Of a DNA stretch of 64,000 nucleotides, positions 58,778-64,000 are shown piece after piece. Made by a program: the position numbers and the translations under genes. The notes below the pieces were generated by a model that was not told the origin of the DNA, ran no database searches, and was given only the letters and a program-made list of their open reading frames with translations. Source of the stretch: a bacterium. GTDB lineage: Bacteria; Pseudomonadota; Alphaproteobacteria; SP197. Position 1 is the stretch's first letter; each line of letters starts with the position of its first letter. Location: positions 26,857 to 90,856 of the forward strand of contig JAPPGE010000088.1 of the NCBI GenBank assembly GCA_028821455.1. Reading direction: 5' to 3'.

Positions 58778-59221
58778 TCAGCCCGTCGCCGGCCCGTGCC
58801 TGAGGGGCGTACCTTCACCGGGGAAGCCCTCGTAGCGCGGCAGATCGTCGGCGACTTCCATCCACGCGATGCGCTCGGGTTCGAAGGCATGGGCCGTCGG
58901 AACCAGGGATTCGGGCTCGTCGAACGTGCTGATGTGGAACTCGATGATCGGACCAAGGTCGCCACCGTCGCCTTCCCAGGTCAGGGGCGTGCCGCAGTCG
59001 CCGCAGAACCCGCGAAGCACACCGGGTGACGATTGGTAGTGCCTGCGGTCCGTACCGCTGAAGGTCACCTGCTCGGCCCGGTAACCGGCAAGCGTCACCA
59101 CCGCAGCACCGTTGTGCTTGCGGCAGCTGTGACAGTGGCAATGGGTCACGTCGAAAGGCTCGTCCTTCGCCTCGAAGCGTATGGCGCCACACATGCAGCG
59201 CCCGGTTCTCGTCACGGTCAT
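58778..59221 (-). CDS. GFA-family (glutathione-dependent formaldehyde-activating / CENP-V-like) zinc protein
   Basis: CMCGAIRF, HCHCHSCRK and CGDCGTPL cysteine motifs; 147 aa. Confidence 0.75.
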   Translation of the reverse strand: MTVTRTGRCMCGAIRFEAKDEPFDVTHCHCHSCRKHNGAAVVTLAGYRAEQVTFSGTDRRHYQSSPGVLRGFCGDCGTPLTWEGDGGDLGPIIEFHISTFDEPESLVPTAHAFEPERIAWMEVADDLPRYEGFPGEGTPLRHGPATG

Positions 59222-59298
59222 CGGTGTTGCTCCCGTTCGGGCACGCAGTGCACACCCTTCGCCCTTGTGCCCGTCTCGTCTTCGCACAAGTCTATCGC

Positions 59299-60390
59299 CT
59301 ATTCTCCCGGCAGGACATAGGCGCTCTCCGGCAGCCACGACACAAAGATCCGCGTACTGACATCGGTGTTGAGATGCGCGATCTCGTCGTGGCTCTTCTG
59401 TGCCCTGATTTCCTGGCCATCGTCGGTTTCGATGTGGATCGTGACCGTCGCGCCTACAAACTCCTCTCCGATCACCCTGCCTTCCAGAACGTTCCGTGCG
59501 TCAGCCGGCTGTTCCTCGGAGAGGACCATGCGGTCGTTGCCGACAACGAACGTCGTTGATGCGCCTTCTTGTTTCCCGCCCGCGCCGCTGGCGTTCACAT
59601 AGAACCTCCCCTGACCTGTCTCGATCGGGAGAAGACCGCCATCCATGGGTGCCATGCGGCCCTGGAAGATGTTCGAGGAACCCAGGAACTCCGCAACGAA
59701 ATGGTTGTGTGGCGTGCGGTAGATCTCGACCGGCGCACCAATCTGCTCGATCCGGCCACGACTCATGATCACGATCCGGTCGCCCATGGCAAAGGCCTCC
59801 GACTGACTGTGCGTCACGTAGACAAAGGTGATTCCAAGTTCCTTCTGAAGGTTCGAGAGGATGGCCTGCATGCGGACCTTCAGATGGGCGTCCAGTGAAC
59901 TCAGGGGCTCGTCCAGGAGCAGGATCTCGGGCTCGGTCACGAGCGAGCGCGCCAATGCGACACGTTGACGCTGGCCACCTGACAGCTGGCTGATGTCGCG
60001 CCTGGCAAACTCGGCGATCCCCATGCGATCAAGCCATTCCATGGCCTTTCCACGGCGCCTTGCCCTGTCCATGCCGCGCATTTTCAGGCCGAACTCGACA
60101 TTTTGCAGGACGTCGAGAAAGGGAAAGAGCGCCAGGCTCTGCCACACCATCGGCGTGTCCCGTCGCCATGTCGCCAGATCGTTGATCCGCCGGCCATCCA
60201 GGCGGATCTCGCCTTGTGTCGGAGCATCGAGACCGGCGAGCATGCGCAGCGTTGTGGTCTTTCCGCACCCGCTGGAGCCCATGATCACCAGAAACTCGCC
60301 CTTGCGGATGTCCAGATTCATGCGGTCCACGGCGATGGTGTCGCCAAACCTCTTCTCGACATTGTCGAAGACGACCAGCGATTCAGCCAC
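59299..60390 (-). CDS. ABC transporter ATP-binding protein (PotA/FbpC-like)
   Basis: Walker A GSSGCGKTT, LSGGQRQRVALAR signature, and a C-terminal TOBE-like regulatory domain. Confidence 0.85.
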   Translation of the reverse strand: MAESLVVFDNVEKRFGDTIAVDRMNLDIRKGEFLVIMGSSGCGKTTTLRMLAGLDAPTQGEIRLDGRRINDLATWRRDTPMVWQSLALFPFLDVLQNVEFGLKMRGMDRARRRGKAMEWLDRMGIAEFARRDISQLSGGQRQRVALARSLVTEPEILLLDEPLSSLDAHLKVRMQAILSNLQKELGITFVYVTHSQSEAFAMGDRIVIMSRGRIEQIGAPVEIYRTPHNHFVAEFLGSSNIFQGRMAPMDGGLLPIETGQGRFYVNASGAGGKQEGASTTFVVGNDRMVLSEEQPADARNVLEGRVIGEEFVGATVTIHIETDDGQEIRAQKSHDEIAHLNTDVSTRIFVSWLPESAYVLPGE

Positions 60391-60402
60391 TGCGGACCTC
60401 CC

Positions 60403-61221
60403 TCAGGGTTCCTGCCTTCGAGGCGTTTCGTCGACTCCGCCCGAGCGGCTCATCAACAGAACCTGCGCGAGGATGACCAGCGTCATTGTCGTCAGGAACA
60501 CGATTGTCCCGATGGCGTTGATCCGCGGACTGACTTGACCCTGAAGGAATCCCAGGATGCGAACCGGGAGCGTTTCGTTCAGTCCCGAAACGAACCAGGC
60601 CACCGCGAACTCGTCGAACGACACGGCCATGGTGATGAACAGGGCGGCGAAAATCGCCGGGCGCGCAAAGGGCACGATGACATGGAACATGGCACGCCAC
60701 TCGCCGGCTCCCAGGTTCCAGGCGGCTGCTTCGAGACTTGGATCCATCTGCGAGAGTCTCATACGGATGATGGCCATCGCGAAGGGGCTGCACATGACGA
60801 CATGGCTGATGATCACGGAGTGGATTTCACCCGAAAGGGAGACGCGCGACAGAAACGCGAGCATCGCCAGGCCCATGATCACCACCGGGATCGTCGGCGG
60901 CAGCAATGCAAGGGCGAGATACAAAGGCTTGCCGAAAAACCTGTATCTGAAGTCAGTGTAGGCTGCCGCGAAGCCGAGCGCGGTCGAGAGCAGAGAGGCG
61001 CAGATGCCGACGACCACGCTGTTGCGCAAGCCTTCCCAGACCAGAGGATCTTCCGCGATGGCCTCGTACCAGCGCAGGCTGAAGCCCCCCAGGGGGAGCG
61101 AGGGGAAGCGGTCGGCGTTGAAGGAAAAGACGAAGCTCGCTGCGATCGGGGCGAACACGAAGGCGAGTGCCAGGATGACGTAGGCGCGCAAACTCCAGTC
61201 GATGAGCCAGTTCCGATTCAT
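60403..61221 (-). CDS. ABC transporter permease (PotC-like)
   Basis: C-terminal 272 codons of track ORF 60403..62064. The 5' remainder of that ORF overlaps the next permease and was rejected. 4-nt overlap with the upstream permease. Confidence 0.8.
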   Translation of the reverse strand: MNRNWLIDWSLRAYVILALAFVFAPIAASFVFSFNADRFPSLPLGGFSLRWYEAIAEDPLVWEGLRNSVVVGICASLLSTALGFAAAYTDFRYRFFGKPLYLALALLPPTIPVVIMGLAMLAFLSRVSLSGEIHSVIISHVVMCSPFAMAIIRMRLSQMDPSLEAAAWNLGAGEWRAMFHVIVPFARPAIFAALFITMAVSFDEFAVAWFVSGLNETLPVRILGFLQGQVSPRINAIGTIVFLTTMTLVILAQVLLMSRSGGVDETPRRQEP

Positions 61222-62057
61222 GCTCTCTTTCTGTAGGCATAGCCGATCGCCGAAAAGGCGACCACCAGAAGCGTTGCGATCATCACGATCGCGATGACCG
61301 CCGCCCGCGGCCATTGCTGGCCGGCCTTGGTCGTATCGGTGATCATGATGCTGAGCGTCGGCGGCTTGCCTCCTCCGAGATAGAGCGGACCGACAAAGTC
61401 CCCGAATGTCAGGATGAAGCAGAAAAGCGCGGCAATCACGAGGCCCACCCTGGCCGACGGTATGACGACGAGGAAAACCGTCCTGAGACGTCCGCAACGC
61501 AGGTTGTGCGCCGCTTCGATCAAGGTCCGGTCGACAAACATCAGGCCGAACACCTGGAGGAGCACAACGAGCGGCAAACAAAGGGTCAGGTAGCCTACCA
61601 TCGTGCCGAAATCCGTATTCAGCATGGTGTACGGCCCCATTCCCAGGAGGCCGAAGGCCGCGTTGAAGATACCGTTGTCGCTCAGGAAAATCTGCCAGGA
61701 ATAAACGCGTACCAGGTAACTCGTGAAGAACGGGATGATCATCAGAAAAATGGCCAGCCGCCGCAGGTTCGCCGACAACTTGAAGGCAATGCCGTAGGAG
61801 CAGGGAAACGCTAGGATACTGACAAGCACCGAGGCACCGGCCGCCAGGGCAAGGGTTCGCAGATAGGTGTCCCAGAACACGTCTCGGCCGAACATCTTGG
61901 TCCAGTTGACGCCGTCGAAGTCCGGGACCATCCGATAGTTTTCGACGACCCAGAAACTGAGGGCAACAAGAAAGAAGAGCGGAAAGGCAAAGAACAGAAG
62001 CTGCCAGAGGAGTAGCGGCAAGGAAAACGACAGTCCGAAGATCGTGACCTTCTTCAT
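61218..62057 (-). CDS. ABC transporter permease (PotB-like)
   Basis: 6 TM helices and an EAA-like loop. Confidence 0.8.
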   Translation of the reverse strand: MKKVTIFGLSFSLPLLLWQLLFFAFPLFFLVALSFWVVENYRMVPDFDGVNWTKMFGRDVFWDTYLRTLALAAGASVLVSILAFPCSYGIAFKLSANLRRLAIFLMIIPFFTSYLVRVYSWQIFLSDNGIFNAAFGLLGMGPYTMLNTDFGTMVGYLTLCLPLVVLLQVFGLMFVDRTLIEAAHNLRCGRLRTVFLVVIPSARVGLVIAALFCFILTFGDFVGPLYLGGGKPPTLSIMITDTTKAGQQWPRAAVIAIVMIATLLVVAFSAIGYAYRKRA

Positions 62058-62149
62058 GCCTCACGCATCCATGTCAGGTCTCCGGCCCGTCTTCCCCGTC
62101 CCGGAGAAGAACGCCGTCATCGAGGACGCCCTTCTCCAATTCGGGACTG

Positions 62150-63289
62150 CTAGCCGCTCTTGTAGTCAGACCAGAAGTCATTCCAGTCCTCAAGGGTTTG
62201 CTGCACGGGCAAGGCTCGAAAGTGGATGCGGCCGTCACGAATGTCATCCATCACGTTTCGCTGTCCCAGCACCATGCCCTGACGCTGCGCTTCCTCGGGC
62301 GTTTCCGCGTTGAGGAGCTCCCATCCCTTCTGGCTGGGAATGAGCGCGGGATAGGCGGCCATGTTGGCGGACTTCACCTGGCCCTCGGGCGAGGTGATGT
62401 ACTGGATGAACTGTCGGGCCAACTCCGGATGCCTGGCACCCTTGCCGATGGAGAATGACTCGGTCCACTGCAGTCCGCCTTCCTCGGGCACGACTGTCCT
62501 GACGGCAGCGCCTTCCTTCTGCAATACCCCGGTGATCCAGTCGCCGATGCCGCAGAAGGCGAGCATCTGGCCGTTCTGGAGGGATGCGAACGTGCCACCA
62601 TAGTCGAAAAACCCGCCGACCTGAGGACGCAGCGTCAGGGTGGTCTCCCGGAGCGTGTCCCATGCCGCATCGTCGAGGTCGAACGGCGGGTGGTTGCCGT
62701 TGTGGAGGCTCATCTGACCGAGATTCGGCAGATGCCAGTCGAAGTGGCCGAGCTTTCCGGTCAGCTTGGGGCTCCAATAGACCTGGTACGAACGCGCTTC
62801 CTCCTCCGTCAAGGCCTCGGTGTTGTAGGCCACACCCAGAAATCCGAAGCGCGCCATGACGGAGAAGAGCTTGCCGTCCTTCCAGTGCCCGGGGAACTGC
62901 TGAAACTCCGGATAGTAGTCGTCCAGCGGATAGTCGCCCGGATCAAGCTCTTCGACGTAGCCCGCTGCGTTGAGCTGCTGCACGTACTCGGCGTCCGACA
63001 GGATCAGGTCGTAGGTGCCGGGTGGCGACTGGGCGATCAGAGCCAGCATGTTGTCGCCGCCCGAGTAGTACTTTGGCTTGACCGTGACATCATGCTGTTC
63101 CTCGAACTCAGCGACGATGTCGGGTTCGGCATGGCCGTACCAGGCGAGCATGGTCAGTTCGGTCGTGGCTGCCGATGCCCTGCGCATGACGTAAGGTGCC
63201 GACAGCGTACCGCTGACCGCCACCATGCTTCCGTGCAGAAAACGCCGGCGGGTGACGAGGGATCCCGGTCCTGAACTTGGATTCGACAT
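62150..63289 (-). CDS. PotD/PotF-family polyamine-type ABC substrate-binding protein with Tat signal
   Basis: Internal ATG 63289 preceded by AGGAGATGG. RRRFLHGSMVAVSGTLSAP twin-arginine signal. Same family as the orphan SBP at 43986. Confidence 0.8.
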   Translation of the reverse strand: MSNPSSGPGSLVTRRRFLHGSMVAVSGTLSAPYVMRRASAATTELTMLAWYGHAEPDIVAEFEEQHDVTVKPKYYSGGDNMLALIAQSPPGTYDLILSDAEYVQQLNAAGYVEELDPGDYPLDDYYPEFQQFPGHWKDGKLFSVMARFGFLGVAYNTEALTEEEARSYQVYWSPKLTGKLGHFDWHLPNLGQMSLHNGNHPPFDLDDAAWDTLRETTLTLRPQVGGFFDYGGTFASLQNGQMLAFCGIGDWITGVLQKEGAAVRTVVPEEGGLQWTESFSIGKGARHPELARQFIQYITSPEGQVKSANMAAYPALIPSQKGWELLNAETPEEAQRQGMVLGQRNVMDDIRDGRIHFRALPVQQTLEDWNDFWSDYKSG

Positions 63290-63504
63290 TTCGCCATCTC
63301 CTGTGTTCGTGATTGGAGGCTCCAACGTGGGCTGGCGCAGGCGCCGGCGGCGTCGGGGCATCCCTTCAGACAGGATATGAATGGCAACGGTATTTTCGAA
63401 ATTTATTGTCGTAATGGTCCCATTAACAATGCTTCTTGCACGCTTGCGTGGTTCCGGTTTCCCATGCGCGCATGAGGCCACGCATATGCACTCTCGAGGT
63501 CGTC

Positions 63505-64000
63505 CTAGCGACGTTGCGGCCGCTTGAACTCGGGCCCTCCCGCGCCGTCCAGGCCGGAGATGATGTGATTGACCAGGCGAACGCCCGCGTCGGACTGGCG
63601 GGGGTGCTTGTAGTAGAGCCCCACCCGGATATCCGCGAGCGTCGGAAAGCCGTCCTTCTCCGACAGCACCTTCATGCCGTCGAGGAGCGTTCTCTTGGTG
63701 AGGGCGCTGACGCCCAGTCCCGCGAGGACGGCGTTCTGCAGACCGGAGATACCCGGGCTGCAGTAAGCGACCCGCCAATCGCGGTTCGCCGCGTTCAGCG
63801 CCTGGGTGATGCGGTTGCGGTATTCGCAGCCTTCGGGGTGAACGACGATCGGTACGGGGCTTTCCTTGTGTACGCTGACGTGTCCGGCCGTCGCCCAAAT
63901 CGGCTGCTCCACCCACTCTCTGGCAAGGTACTGGCCAACGCCCTCGCCGGTCATGGCGATGACGATGTCGAGTTCGTCCTTCTGGAGGTCGTCGAGCAGC
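63505..64000 (-). CDS. LysR-family regulator, C-terminal substrate-binding part; 5' end beyond the window
   Basis: Frame stays open upstream of the track's ATG 63954 to the window edge (..LLDDLQKDELDIVIAMTGEGV..). LysR substrate-binding-domain pattern. Confidence 0.65.
   Translation of the reverse strand, partial: LLDDLQKDELDIVIAMTGEGVGQYLAREWVEQPIWATAGHVSVHKESPVPIVVHPEGCEYRNRITQALNAANRDWRVAYCSPGISGLQNAVLAGLGVSALTKRTLLDGMKVLSEKDGFPTLADIRVGLYYKHPRQSDAGVRLVNHIISGLDGAGGPEFKRPQRR

Noticed and set aside
60403-62064. 553-aa fused ORF on the minus strand
   Set aside because: Only the C-terminal 272 codons form a PotC-like permease. The N-terminal extension runs out of frame across the neighbouring PotB-like gene (61218..62057), which has its own start and clean TM pattern.
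1-64000. CRISPR arrays, IS elements, integrases, rRNA
   Set aside because: No short regularly spaced direct repeats, no transposase/integrase-like ORF and no rRNA-like conserved blocks were seen on manual reading.

Overview
High-GC (about 65%) alphaproteobacterial-type chromosomal segment, gene-dense, with about 60 protein genes and one tRNA-Leu(UAA). Calls are based on reading the six-frame track and the raw sequence; no database search was run.

Main content, left to right:
- Truncated amidase, a secreted SNase-like nuclease, an HDAC-like amidohydrolase, an APH-like kinase, tRNA-Leu, a gamma-butyrobetaine-hydroxylase-like dioxygenase.
- A MotA/TolQ/ExbB-like proton-channel gene translationally coupled to two uncharacterised membrane-anchored proteins.
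- A VapBC (RHH antitoxin + PIN toxin) pair; sfsA-map; DMT and MFS transporters.
- A six-gene unassigned catabolic operon: FAH-family hydratase, creatininase-family, acyl-CoA dehydrogenase, FrhB-like Fe-S flavoprotein, SDR, MetE-like.
- A complete urate-to-allantoate module (hiuH, puuE, uraD, puuD) joined to xdhAB and a BMP-family nucleoside ABC importer; no xdhC seen.
- TRAP dctPQM; a DDAH-like / M20-amidohydrolase / family-5 SBP operon divergent from a LysR regulator.
- An orphan PotD-family SBP flanked by two cobalamin-riboswitch-like leader elements, followed by a small+large N,N-dimethylformamidase-like pair and a second tandem large-subunit paralog.
- An ADP-forming acyl-CoA synthetase. 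Next to it a recent ~1.6 kb tandem duplication yields two near-identical 413-aa unknown proteins plus a 5' acs pseudogene fragment.
- Nucleoside deaminase, PhyH dioxygenase, SAM methyltransferase, GFA protein, a PotABCD-type importer, and a LysR fragment at the window end.

No CRISPR array, transposase or integrase was seen. Many long antisense ORFs in the track are GC artefacts opposite recognisable genes. Coordinates follow the ORF track; start codons were refined by eye and may be off by a few codons.
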